Source: an uncultured Methanosarcinales archaeon (GTDB lineage: Archaea; Nanobdellota; Nanobdellia; Woesearchaeales; UBA583). From it: a DNA stretch of 64,000 nucleotides. Under the pieces are notes generated by a model that ran no database searches, was not told the origin of the DNA, and was given only the letters and a program-made list of their open reading frames with translations. Location: NCBI GenBank assembly GCA_964429995.1, contig CAYSDY010000001.1:157777-221776 (forward strand), written 5' to 3'. Position 1 is the stretch's first letter; the number at the start of each line of letters is the position of its first letter. The position numbers and the translations under genes are program-made. Positions 29,701 through 38,516 of this stretch are shown here, one piece after another.

Positions 29701-29838
29701 TATTGGCTTGTAAATATTATTTTGCTCATTAAAATAATTTGGGGTATATATTTCAAGTTTTATGGAAAAAGCAAATGTTAACAAATTTGCAATAATTAGA
29801 ATAAAAATTGTAAAAATAAGAGCAAATCTTTTAATCAT
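26788..29838 (-). CDS. Large surface protein: signal peptide, terpene-cyclase/prenyltransferase-like helical repeats, inserted Cys-paired repeats, C-terminal TM
   Basis: QNNDGSWG...ETSWAILGL and DNGWG QW-like motifs; C-terminal hydrophobic anchor. Confidence 0.7.
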   Translation of the reverse strand: MIKRFALIFTIFILIIANLLTFAFSIKLEIYTPNYFNEQNNIYKPIHFLPKEELNFKFCLSENMKNPEIFISEGTKNEGFINISYLDFSDEPNCFYSYYDLTKIQNNRFDLILKYQENNIEKEIRRGFLRQKESSASKYVLENDYNDLSALNLSYYLFVLNNIESIYDYENQQIYEKLKQLRNNDFKCWPKDKCNLTQTANILYNLKEAGYDKSSRLIEDGRLYMEKNIIESPLKYENQQIIKNSDTYDFEVYIKDSFTNPTEIDCNVIVDKDKEKSIIYDSSDKFTDTFLRSKFTKEIEVVCNRKVDEISIFYFADKIENRNLRDFKKYEFTVNDKYYNQYSSIKYKFQIDNNMTTTEEIKCDINIDGTNKKVSFNKNTNANNLFFEGEVKEKVAIECDKNVENAYFYVYGNIEDESYKSNTDSLYFNLQNADMEKYKFDIELNSNKIANEIKCDLSIDARLPRHFVFNTKNTDRFSINGYKASSKIQLKCDNDVDKIILKIYDAYDRIQVYEEKINVKNMDYSINSDFLKYYCIGTDNICDYDASIISLIVYGNDIKNSDKIKKYLNSVTHKTGINDKKVSDKNEFIDSGMFLIYNKDQEIINFLKYNQNNDGSWGNAKSFLFETSWAILGLQSNDAGIEEYIDDGIKWIYYNEPDNGWGSISSNSLAFLASKKNHKPYVTIDIDSDTYEYVMIINVTNPSIYNLKDLTIGFSSNIEGFLHYKQNLGNLNTLQSTISNISISKDLLGSITGYVFLNSRDKDNNKNELLKIPITIFGEKAFVFENNDYAITNDDMMVNFYLKSRNIEDNLTCFFINPFSTLREKFIVDSNFSKLSLFNPQLETGVHTLNFECSKDDGVVYKIPFKIDVFEKNKTFEIPNPEKIIVKDDVLKFSIKHLNANFDEYDFKVIPFGDFKEHMLNYSYEYENGYTNVNINFAVDSLNLINTSLKNNYIVVKNKESEFVEIKIDNNKTNSFLKKMFYLLFWFTMIGFIIYLIIYVRLKYIEYKDLKEKGMI

Positions 29839-29986
29839 ATAAATACATAAGTATTTTTTTTTAATTCAATTTGTCATTACTTATTTTAGGTGATTATTTT
29901 AAATTTTAATTTATGTGTTTTTTTATAAAATACAGTGTCTTAAAAATAGAATAATTTTTAAAGTAATTTTCATTGTTATAAATATT

Positions 29987-30907
29987 ATGACTGAAAAAAA
30001 TAACAAAACTTCAGGTTACTGCAAACTTGCAGATATTTACAAAAAACATCATGCAAAGCTGCTTGTTTTACCGATAATGCTTTTTGTCTTGTCATGTTTT
30101 TTGATATTTAACACATATAAGCAAGAAGGATCTCCTATATACAGAGATGTTTCATTAAAAGGTGGATTGTCTGCCATAATAGAAATTGATGAACAAATAA
30201 CAATAAATGATTTTAAACTAGCATTAGAAGAAAAATTTCCTGCAAATTCATTTGCAGTATCAAAACTGAATTCTGAAGGAAAAGAAGTTGGTTATATTGT
30301 AGATAGTGATTTTACTGCTGAAGATGAAAAAGATCTTCTTGATTTTTCTAATAGTTTATTTAAAACAGAATTGGTATCTGGTGAAAACTTTACATCAAAT
30401 TACATAAGCTCATCTCTTTCTGATACATTTTTCAGACAAGCAATAATAGCACTTATTTTTTCATTTTTTTTTATGTCGCTTGTTATATTTTTGTATTTTA
30501 AAAAAATTGTTCCATCAATTGGAATCATCTTCTCAGCTTTTTTTGACATAACAGTTGTTGTAGGAATACTTAATCTTATCAAATTTAACCTATCGGTTGC
30601 AGGAATTGGTGCTATAATAATGCTTATAGGTTATTCTATTGATACAAACGTATTACTTACAAATAGACTTGTAAAAGAACCAGGAAAAAACTATTTTGAA
30701 AAAGTTCTATTGGCGGTAAAAACAGGTAGCCTTATGTCATTTACAACAATGGTTGCTGCACTTTCTGCAATCTTTTTTTCAAACTCTGAAGTCATATTTG
30801 AAATATCATTAATAATCTGTATAGGACTTGTTGTTGATTATATTGCAACATGGATACAAAATACATCTTTATTGTTGTTATGGCTTTTTAAAAGCCAAGA
30901 AAAATAA
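29987..30907 (+). CDS. secF: Protein translocase subunit SecF (archaeal type)
   Basis: DVSLKGG, IGYSIDTNVLLT, TM pattern; start at MTEKN (ATG 29987). Confidence 0.9.
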   Translation: MTEKNNKTSGYCKLADIYKKHHAKLLVLPIMLFVLSCFLIFNTYKQEGSPIYRDVSLKGGLSAIIEIDEQITINDFKLALEEKFPANSFAVSKLNSEGKEVGYIVDSDFTAEDEKDLLDFSNSLFKTELVSGENFTSNYISSSLSDTFFRQAIIALIFSFFFMSLVIFLYFKKIVPSIGIIFSAFFDITVVVGILNLIKFNLSVAGIGAIIMLIGYSIDTNVLLTNRLVKEPGKNYFEKVLLAVKTGSLMSFTTMVAALSAIFFSNSEVIFEISLIICIGLVVDYIATWIQNTSLLLLWLFKSQEK

Positions 30908-31020
30908 ATCAAAACTTTTAACTTTGAACAAATATGTTAAGTAAATCCTTTTTGTTATTACGTTATACACAATTATTTTATTTAATAAATTCAACTTTTA
31001 ACTTTGAGGAATGATATTTC

Positions 31021-31452
31021 TTGAAAAATTATGTACAAATAATAGAATCTGCCAAAAATCAAATAAGTGATTTTTGCATAAATACCTGTAAAGCTAAATG
31101 TTGTAGATTTGGACAACTTTTAATAATTACAAATGAAGAACTTGATTTTATTGTGGGATTTAAAAATGTTGATGCTTTTTTAAAAAATGGCATTCTAAAA
31201 CACTCAGAAAATAATGATTTATTTTTTACTTATGATTTTAAAAAATTTCCTTGTAAACATCTAAATTTAACGAAATATATGTGTAATGAACATCAAAATA
31301 TTAATAGACCACAAATATGCAAAGATTACCCGATATTTGTAATAAGAAAAAAATTTGTTATCTTTTCGCCTGCATGCCCTGCTGTTGAGCAAGGTTTATT
31401 GAAAGAATGTGAAATCGAATTAGAAAAGATAGGTATGAAAATTATTAATTAA
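31021..31452 (+). CDS. YkgJ/FliB-family cysteine-cluster protein
   Basis: CINTCKAKCC ... CKHL...C...RPQICKDYP. Confidence 0.82.
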   Translation: MKNYVQIIESAKNQISDFCINTCKAKCCRFGQLLIITNEELDFIVGFKNVDAFLKNGILKHSENNDLFFTYDFKKFPCKHLNLTKYMCNEHQNINRPQICKDYPIFVIRKKFVIFSPACPAVEQGLLKECEIELEKIGMKIIN

Positions 31453-32612
31453 TTGTAACTATTGTTTAAAATGTTATAATTATCTTTTTCGTTTTTAACT
31501 TCATTTATTGCATCAAGGAGATTTTGCTGACTTATGCATTCAAGATTTTGCTTTATTGCAAGGTAACCTGCTTCTGTTGTCAATGATTTTAACTGTGCAC
31601 CTGAAAAATTTTCTGTTTTTTCTGCTATCACTTTTAAATCCACTTCTAAAGACAACTTCATTCCTTTTGTGTGTATTTTAAGTATTTCATACCTTCCATC
31701 TTTATTTGGAATTCCTATTTTTATGTGTCTTTCAAGCCTTCCTGGACGTAAAATCGCATCATCTAATATATCCATTCTATTAGTTGCTGCAATTATTTTA
31801 ACATTATCTAATGCATCAAAACCATCTATTTCTCCTAAAAGTTGCATGAATGTTCTTTGTACCTCTCTTTCACCTGAAGTTCCTGTTTCAATTCTTTTAG
31901 ATGCTATTGAATCAAGTTCATCAATAAATATTATTGTTGGGGCCTTTTGTCTTGCAAGTTCAAATAAATCTTTTACAAGTTTTGCTCCTTCGCCTATAAA
32001 TTTTTGAACAAGCTCTGAACCTACTAGTTCTATAAATGTTGCTTTTGTCTCTTTTGCAAGAGCTTTTGCTATAAGTGTTTTACCTGTACCTGGTTCGCCA
32101 TGTAATAAAATTCCTTTAGGTGGGGTTATGCCTAAATCCTTAAAAATATCCGGTTTTATAAGAGGTAGTTCTAAAACCTCTTTTACTTTGCGTATCTCTT
32201 TGTCAAGTCCTCCAATATCTGACCAGCTAACTTTTAGATTTCCATTAACTATAAGATAATTTTCTACAGGGAAGTTTTTTGTAACATCTATTTTGCCCAT
32301 AATAACTAAAGACTTTTGTTCATTTAATACCATATCACCTGATCTTATTTCACCTTCACATTCTTGTGAAATATCTACAAGAAAATTGGATTGATTTGGC
32401 AATCTTACTACTGCTCTTCCCTCTTTTGTTAATGAAATGACTTCTGAAACTATAAAAGGAGGTGTTCTAAATTTTTCAAGTTCTGTCTGAAAGAACTTAA
32501 CTGTTCTTTTTAGATTACTGTTTTCTTCTTCCAGCCTTGAATTCTCCAAAGACAGATTATATAAAGGATCTGTTTCTATTGTTGTTTTTTTAAGATCATA
32601 CTGATCGTCCAT
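31449..32612 (-). CDS. pan: Proteasome-activating nucleotidase
   Basis: N-terminal coiled coil + [33 protein letters not shown]. Confidence 0.93.
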   Translation of the reverse strand: MDDQYDLKKTTIETDPLYNLSLENSRLEEENSNLKRTVKFFQTELEKFRTPPFIVSEVISLTKEGRAVVRLPNQSNFLVDISQECEGEIRSGDMVLNEQKSLVIMGKIDVTKNFPVENYLIVNGNLKVSWSDIGGLDKEIRKVKEVLELPLIKPDIFKDLGITPPKGILLHGEPGTGKTLIAKALAKETKATFIELVGSELVQKFIGEGAKLVKDLFELARQKAPTIIFIDELDSIASKRIETGTSGEREVQRTFMQLLGEIDGFDALDNVKIIAATNRMDILDDAILRPGRLERHIKIGIPNKDGRYEILKIHTKGMKLSLEVDLKVIAEKTENFSGAQLKSLTTEAGYLAIKQNLECISQQNLLDAINEVKNEKDNYNILNNSYN

Positions 32613-32668
32613 ACAATTTAGGTAAAATATTTTTTTATATAAATGTTTAGTAAAAAGTGATTAAAAAT

Positions 32669-33715
32669 TTATTTTTTTGACATTATCTTGATTACTTCTA
32701 TCATTCTGTTTGAAAAACCGAACTCATTGTCGTACCAAACAACAAGCTTTACAAGATTGCCATTTACAACCTCTGTTAAAACAGAATCAACAATTCCAGA
32801 ATGTGGATTGCCTATTATGTCTGAGGATACCAGTTCTTCTGTTGAATATTCAATAATGCCGTTTAATTGATTTTCACATATATGTTTTAAAAAATGATTT
32901 ATCTCTTCTTTATCAACATTTTTTTCAAGTTCTATGTTAAGGTCTGTAACACTTCCTGTTGGAGTTGGAACTCTATAAGCGATTCCATGGAACTTTCCTT
33001 CCAACTCAGGAATAAGTTTTGTAACCGCCTGTGCAGCACCTGTTGTTGTAGGAACAATGTTAAATGGAGCAGCTCTTCCTCTTCTTAAGCTTTTATGTGT
33101 TGCATCAAGAAGTCTTTGATCTGATGTTAAAGAATGAACTGTTGCAAACATTCCTTTTTTAATACCATATTTTTTGTGAATCTCATTGATGATTGCTGTT
33201 ATTGAATTAGTTGTACATGATCCATTAGAAACAATTTCTTGATTATTGTATTCATCATCATTAGCACCTCTTACAAGATAAAACACATCATCTCCTTTAC
33301 CAGGAGCTGATATTAAAACTTTTTTTGCACCTTGCTCTATATGTTTTCTTGCTTTCTCTGAATCTGTAAAAAGTCCTGTACATTCAGCTACAACATCAAT
33401 TTTTAATTTTTTCCAAGGAAGATCCTCTAAATTTTTAACTTGAATCATAGCAATTTTCTTATCACCTATAACAAGATTATCATCCTGTGCTAAAACTTTG
33501 TATTCAAACGAACCTTGACTGGAATCGTACTGAAGAAAATATGCAAGATCTTTTGCACTAGTTAGATCATTAATTGCAACAAATTCTATTTCAGGATCGT
33601 TAAATCCAGCCCTAAAAATCATACGACCAATACGACCAAAGCCATTGATTGCAACTCTAACTTTTCTTTTACCACTAATTTCTCCTTTAATTTCATTTAA
33701 AATATTCTCATGCAT
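32669..33715 (-). CDS. gap: Type I (bacterial-type) glyceraldehyde-3-phosphate dehydrogenase
   Basis: INGFGRIGR, SCTTN, TTTGAA, RVPT, WYDNE. Confidence 0.96.
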   Translation of the reverse strand: MHENILNEIKGEISGKRKVRVAINGFGRIGRMIFRAGFNDPEIEFVAINDLTSAKDLAYFLQYDSSQGSFEYKVLAQDDNLVIGDKKIAMIQVKNLEDLPWKKLKIDVVAECTGLFTDSEKARKHIEQGAKKVLISAPGKGDDVFYLVRGANDDEYNNQEIVSNGSCTTNSITAIINEIHKKYGIKKGMFATVHSLTSDQRLLDATHKSLRRGRAAPFNIVPTTTGAAQAVTKLIPELEGKFHGIAYRVPTPTGSVTDLNIELEKNVDKEEINHFLKHICENQLNGIIEYSTEELVSSDIIGNPHSGIVDSVLTEVVNGNLVKLVVWYDNEFGFSNRMIEVIKIMSKK

Positions 33716-33794
33716 ATTTTATTTATTATAATCTTTTTAATTAATGTTTTTTGTCAAAATTAAGTGATGAATAAATGTCACTGTTTTTAATATT

Positions 33795-33921
33795 GAGAAT
33801 TTTAAAAAACATTAACTTTTCTTAGCTTCTTAGAAGATAGTGTCATAAAATACCCATATTTGGGCTTTTTACAGCATTAAAATTTGTAAAAATTCCCAAC
33901 TATGGGTTTTTTAAAACTCTC
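33795..33921. mobile_element. MITE-like element copy 3 (127 bp)
   Basis: TIRs GAGAATTTTAAAAAAC / GTTTTTTAAAACTCTC (15 of 16 complementary); flanked by TATT at 33791-33794 and 33922-33925. Confidence 0.68.
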
Positions 33922-34012
33922 TATTAATAAGATTAATGATGCTATATTGCATAATATAAATGGATCCTACCTGATACAAAAAATTTATATATTCTTTTTG
34001 ATGGCTATTTAT

Positions 34013-34663
34013 ATGAATCAGAATATGTTTATAACCCTTGAAGGAATCGATGGAGCTGGTAAAGATATACAATTATTGAATCTTATTGAAATCATAAGAG
34101 ATGATAAAAATGGAATAATTGCAGATAAATATGCTAATATATGGGTTACAAGAGAACCTACACATCTAACAGAGTCTGGAAAAAAAATTTCTAAACTTAT
34201 ACGTGAAGGAAATGTTGATCTTGAAACGGCAAAAAATCTTTATGTTAATGATAGAAAAGAACATAGCATAATCATAAGGGAAATGCTTAAACATAGTATT
34301 GTTATATCCTCAAGATTTGATATATCAACTCTAGCATTTCAAAATGCACAGGGAGAATCTATCGAAGAACTTTACAAAATGCATGGATTTGAAAACAATG
34401 AATGCATAACCCCAGATCTTACTATTTTTTTTGATGTTTCTGCTGATATAGGATATGCTAGAACATTAAAAAGAGCTGAAAAAAAAGAATGTTTTGAAAA
34501 TCTTGATTTTTTAAGAAAAGTGGAAAGTTCATACAAACAAGTTATAGATTTTCTCAAAAATAAAGGAAGAAACATAATTATTATTGATGCAAATCAATCA
34601 ATTGAGGATGTAAAAGATAATATGTTATCTAAACTTACAAAAATATATAAAAAATATGAATGA
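34013..34663 (+). CDS. tmk: Thymidylate kinase
   Basis: FITLEGIDGAGK, TREP, PDLTIFFDV, IIDAN; exact start uncertain (34013 or 34025). Confidence 0.88.
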   Translation: MNQNMFITLEGIDGAGKDIQLLNLIEIIRDDKNGIIADKYANIWVTREPTHLTESGKKISKLIREGNVDLETAKNLYVNDRKEHSIIIREMLKHSIVISSRFDISTLAFQNAQGESIEELYKMHGFENNECITPDLTIFFDVSADIGYARTLKRAEKKECFENLDFLRKVESSYKQVIDFLKNKGRNIIIIDANQSIEDVKDNMLSKLTKIYKKYE

Positions 34664-35822
34664 GATCAAAAAAGAATTAATAAATTCTGCCAAAGAAAAA
34701 TATTTTAATGAGCTTAAAAGGGTTAAATTAGAGTTTAAACCTTCAAAAGAAATCGATGGATATGGCGCAGGATCTATTGTTGGCGAAAAGAACTATCCGT
34801 TATTAAACATATACAACGTTTCTAACCCTGAGAAAAAAAGTTGTTTTTTAAACGATTATAATACAGTTAAAAAAGATTATGATCATATAATAAAACTTAA
34901 AGTACAAAATATCTTTTCATCAAATAATAGCATACATATAAAAAAAATAAATGATAACATTTCAAAAAATATAGTTGATATATATAAATCAAAAAATCCT
35001 GTTAATTTTACTTCTGAATTTGAAAAAGAAATAGAATTTAAAAAAATAAATATATCTAAATTTTTTGGTATTCTTGGAGGCGAAAATAATATTAAAAGCA
35101 TAACTTTAAATCAGAATTCTAAAACATCAAAACAAATTGAAAAATTTACAGAAAATGATATAAAATCAAAAGATGCTATGATATCTTTATATAAAAAAGG
35201 AATAAATGAAAGCCAAATAATTAATCTTTTAGCACTTGGACAATTTGGAGTAGGATTTAACAGGAAACTTGTACCTTCAAAATGGGCAAACACAGCCTAT
35301 GATAAAAATATTTCTGATTTTTTATATGATAATGTAATTAGAAATAAATTTATAGAAAATATAGAATTTTTTGATTTTTCTGACAAGGGAAACCATTTTT
35401 TTATATTTTTATTTCCGAACGAATATTGTTTTGAAAATATTGAAATGATTAATAAAAATAAAAGTATTTTAATTGATTTTAATAATTTTCAAAATAAACT
35501 TATTGGTAAAACAGATCCTGATACTGCAGGTGGTTTTTTTGCAACAAAACTTGCAATATTAGAGTATCTTAACTTTAAACAGAAACAAGCTTCAATCGTT
35601 AGCATAAGACTAATAGATAATTATGAAATCCCTTTAGGGGTGATATTTATAAGAGAATGCATAAGAAGTGCAATGAAAATAAATAAAAAAAAATTTGTAA
35701 ATATTGAAGAATTATTCTTGTACTTGAAAAATGAAAACAATTCGATATTTGATATTCTTTCTAAATCTTGTGCCATAAAAAATATGAAATCACAAAAAAG
35801 GATTACTGAATATATAAGATAA
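34656..35822 (+). CDS. nreA: Nre-family DNA repair protein (DUF650/651)
   Basis: VGEKNYP, LGQFG...RKLVPSKW..TAYD, TAGGFFATKLAILEYL, YEIPLGV..IRE, C-terminal PIP box QKRITEY. Confidence 0.85.
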   Translation: MNEIKKELINSAKEKYFNELKRVKLEFKPSKEIDGYGAGSIVGEKNYPLLNIYNVSNPEKKSCFLNDYNTVKKDYDHIIKLKVQNIFSSNNSIHIKKINDNISKNIVDIYKSKNPVNFTSEFEKEIEFKKINISKFFGILGGENNIKSITLNQNSKTSKQIEKFTENDIKSKDAMISLYKKGINESQIINLLALGQFGVGFNRKLVPSKWANTAYDKNISDFLYDNVIRNKFIENIEFFDFSDKGNHFFIFLFPNEYCFENIEMINKNKSILIDFNNFQNKLIGKTDPDTAGGFFATKLAILEYLNFKQKQASIVSIRLIDNYEIPLGVIFIRECIRSAMKINKKKFVNIEELFLYLKNENNSIFDILSKSCAIKNMKSQKRITEYIR

Positions 35823-35831
35823 AAAAAATAT

Positions 35832-36503
35832 TTAATCTACATCCTGCTGAAATATTTTAATTAGTTTGTCTATTATGTTTGATGTGTTGGAATAATGAAA
35901 TCTTTCTTCCTCAAAGTATTTAAGATTGTCAAGATGTCCTGCTAATAGCCTTCTTAAATCTTTTAAGTACAATATGAATGTTTCAACTTTCTGTTCATCG
36001 TTTTTAATGTAACCAATCTTTCCAATATCTTTTATTAATTCATCAAAATCTTTTTCCTGTCTATCTAAAACCTCATATAATTGTTTTTCAACTAAAAATA
36101 CATCTTTAAACTTATCATAATTGTTTGCACTTACAAGTTGTATTGTAAAATTTGATATTAGTAACTTTAGCCTGTCTTTATGCTTTATGTTTTTTTTAAG
36201 TAAAAGAAAATCTTTTCTTAATTCTAATATGTCAGATAAAAAATTTTTTACATCTTTTAGTTTTAGCAAATTGGATAAATTCTCTGGTTTTTTATGATTT
36301 AAAAGATATATTAGATGATTACTATTTGCAAGATTCTTCTCCTCGCCTGCTGATATATCATTTACAAGAACTCCCCATAATCTTGCTTCCTGAGCTTTTA
36401 AATCATTTAAGTAATTTAGTATTTCCTGTTTTTTATCAATAATTTTTTTTTTACTGTTTTCTTTTCTTAAAAAAAGCCTTGAAATAAAAAAATTTTTAAC
36501 CAT
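35832..36503 (-). CDS. Hypothetical helical protein
   Basis: 223-aa ORF. Confidence 0.7.
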   Translation of the reverse strand: MVKNFFISRLFLRKENSKKKIIDKKQEILNYLNDLKAQEARLWGVLVNDISAGEEKNLANSNHLIYLLNHKKPENLSNLLKLKDVKNFLSDILELRKDFLLLKKNIKHKDRLKLLISNFTIQLVSANNYDKFKDVFLVEKQLYEVLDRQEKDFDELIKDIGKIGYIKNDEQKVETFILYLKDLRRLLAGHLDNLKYFEEERFHYSNTSNIIDKLIKIFQQDVD

Positions 36504-36559
36504 ATCTTATTGGTATAAAAAGAAGTAATTAAATGTTTATTTCTACTCACAAGAGACTT

Positions 36560-37645
36560 TTACCTTGTAACATTGTAGCTTTGTATTTTTTCAAGTAATG
36601 ATTTTGCATATTTGTCTTGGCTAAAGTGTTTTCTTACAGGTTCTAACATGCTATCAATTTCTCTTGCTGTTGCATTTTTTAAATCAAGTGATTTTAGATT
36701 TAACGATTTGAAATCATCCTCTAATTTTTCGTAAGAAGTATATGTAACATTTCCTCCATATTTTTCAGGTCTTTCTATTTTTATACATTTTTTTAGAGGA
36801 AATATTATGTGTTGAACATAATCTAGTACTGGATTGTTTTCTACTTGACCATCAACAGAATGTGCTTTTTTAAATTTTCTTAAAATATCTTCACTTGAAT
36901 CTGTCATAAATATTGCTGTGTCTGGTTTGGATTTACTCATTTTCATCGCTATTTTTCTATCTATCCCTTCTAAATCTGTTTCTATTTTTGAAAGACTTAA
37001 TAACATATGGTGGTGCAAACATACTGGTTTTCTAAAACCCATTTTGGGAAATATATCTCTTGCAAGCATGTTCACCTTTCTTTGATCCAAACCTAACTGA
37101 GCTATATCAGCCTTAAGATATATTATATCTGTTGCCTGCATTAATGGATATAATATCTGACTTGCAGGATTTGAAACATTGTCTTCTCTTCCCATTATCT
37201 GTCCACACTTTAAAACTCTTGAAACTGTTGCATTTGTTGATAATTGTAATAAAGTTCCCCAATAATCCGGATTTTTAACTAAATCAGATGACCACACAAA
37301 ATTTACTTTATCTAAATTCATCCCTACTGATTTCCATATTTCTATAAAATATTTTCCAACTTCACGAATTTTATCTATATCACCCCCCATTTTGTTGTTG
37401 ATTTTTCCATGCCAATCAGCAACAAACATGGTATATGTTATGCCTACTGATGCTAATCTGTTAACATTTGCAGCTTTTAGCAGACCTTGAGCAATGTGCA
37501 TTTGCCCAGAGGGTTCAAATCCATCGTATGCGATTATATCTCTTCCTGTTTTTTCTTGTTCATTGAAAAGTTCTCGTAATTCTTCTTCCCCTATAAACTC
37601 TTCTCCTACTTCTTTAACTATTGCTATTTTTTCATCTATATTCAT
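36560..37645 (-). CDS. tyrS: Tyrosine--tRNA ligase (archaeal/eukaryotic type)
   Basis: YDGFEPSGQMHIAQ, YPLMQATD, GLDQRK, KMSKS. Confidence 0.96.
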   Translation of the reverse strand: MNIDEKIAIVKEVGEEFIGEEELRELFNEQEKTGRDIIAYDGFEPSGQMHIAQGLLKAANVNRLASVGITYTMFVADWHGKINNKMGGDIDKIREVGKYFIEIWKSVGMNLDKVNFVWSSDLVKNPDYWGTLLQLSTNATVSRVLKCGQIMGREDNVSNPASQILYPLMQATDIIYLKADIAQLGLDQRKVNMLARDIFPKMGFRKPVCLHHHMLLSLSKIETDLEGIDRKIAMKMSKSKPDTAIFMTDSSEDILRKFKKAHSVDGQVENNPVLDYVQHIIFPLKKCIKIERPEKYGGNVTYTSYEKLEDDFKSLNLKSLDLKNATAREIDSMLEPVRKHFSQDKYAKSLLEKIQSYNVTR

Positions 37646-37809
37646 AATAAAATATTCTATTATTTGCTATTTTTATAAATTTATTCAATTTAAATAAAGC
37701 TTTGCTATTTTTAGAGTTATAAAATTATAAAACAGAATGTTTTGTTGTTTTTGTAAAGATTGCCTTAATATCAAAACATTTTTAAAGCTTGTTTTTTATA
37801 TGTTAATTG

Positions 37810-38496
37810 ATGGGATTATATGTCATTTCTGTTGGTGGTTCTTTAATAGTTCCAGAAGATATTGATACGCATTTTTTATCTATTTTCAAACAATTTATCA
37901 TAAAGAGAATAGAAAAAGGCGATAGGTTTATTTTGGTTGCAGGTGGTGGAAAAACTGCAAGAAAATATCAAATGGCTGCAGGCGAAGTAAGCGGACTTGA
38001 TGATGAGGAAAAAGATTGGCTTGGAATACATTCAACAAGGCTGAATGCACACCTGTTAAGAACAGTTTTCAAACTACATGCAAACCCTATTGTAATAAAA
38101 GATTTTGATAAACAAACTGATATTGTATTTAATGAAAAAATTCTCGTTGGAGCTGGATGGAAACCTGGATGGTCTACAGATTATATAGCTGTTCTTCTTG
38201 CAGAAAAATATGGTGCTAATACTATAATTAACCTTTCTAATATAGATTATGTTTATTCGGATGATCCAAAATTAAATCCAGATGCTAAAAAATATGAAAG
38301 AATAAAATGGTCCGATTTTATATCAATTGTAGGTGATAAATGGGATCCTGGACTTTCTGCACCATTTGACCCTATAGCAAGTAAAAGAGCAAATAAAAAT
38401 AATTACAAAGTTGCAATACTTAACGGGAAAAATCTTGAGAATCTTAATAATTATCTTAACGGGAAAAAGTTTGAAGGAACCTTAATAAGCAACTAA
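37810..38496 (+). CDS. pyrH: UMP kinase (archaeal type)
   Basis: ISVGGS, GGGKTARKY, DWLGIHSTRLNA, PGWSTD. Confidence 0.94.
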   Translation: MGLYVISVGGSLIVPEDIDTHFLSIFKQFIIKRIEKGDRFILVAGGGKTARKYQMAAGEVSGLDDEEKDWLGIHSTRLNAHLLRTVFKLHANPIVIKDFDKQTDIVFNEKILVGAGWKPGWSTDYIAVLLAEKYGANTIINLSNIDYVYSDDPKLNPDAKKYERIKWSDFISIVGDKWDPGLSAPFDPIASKRANKNNYKVAILNGKNLENLNNYLNGKKFEGTLISN

Positions 38497-38516
38497 ACTT
38501 ATAAAAATTAGATAAA

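Noticed and set aside
31449..31470. PAN C-terminus SYN as loss of the HbYX motif
   Set aside because: The penultimate Tyr is retained; too minor to call a functional change
33902..34012. N-terminal extension of tmk
   Set aside because: Starts inside the right end of element copy 3; TMK homology begins at MFITLEG
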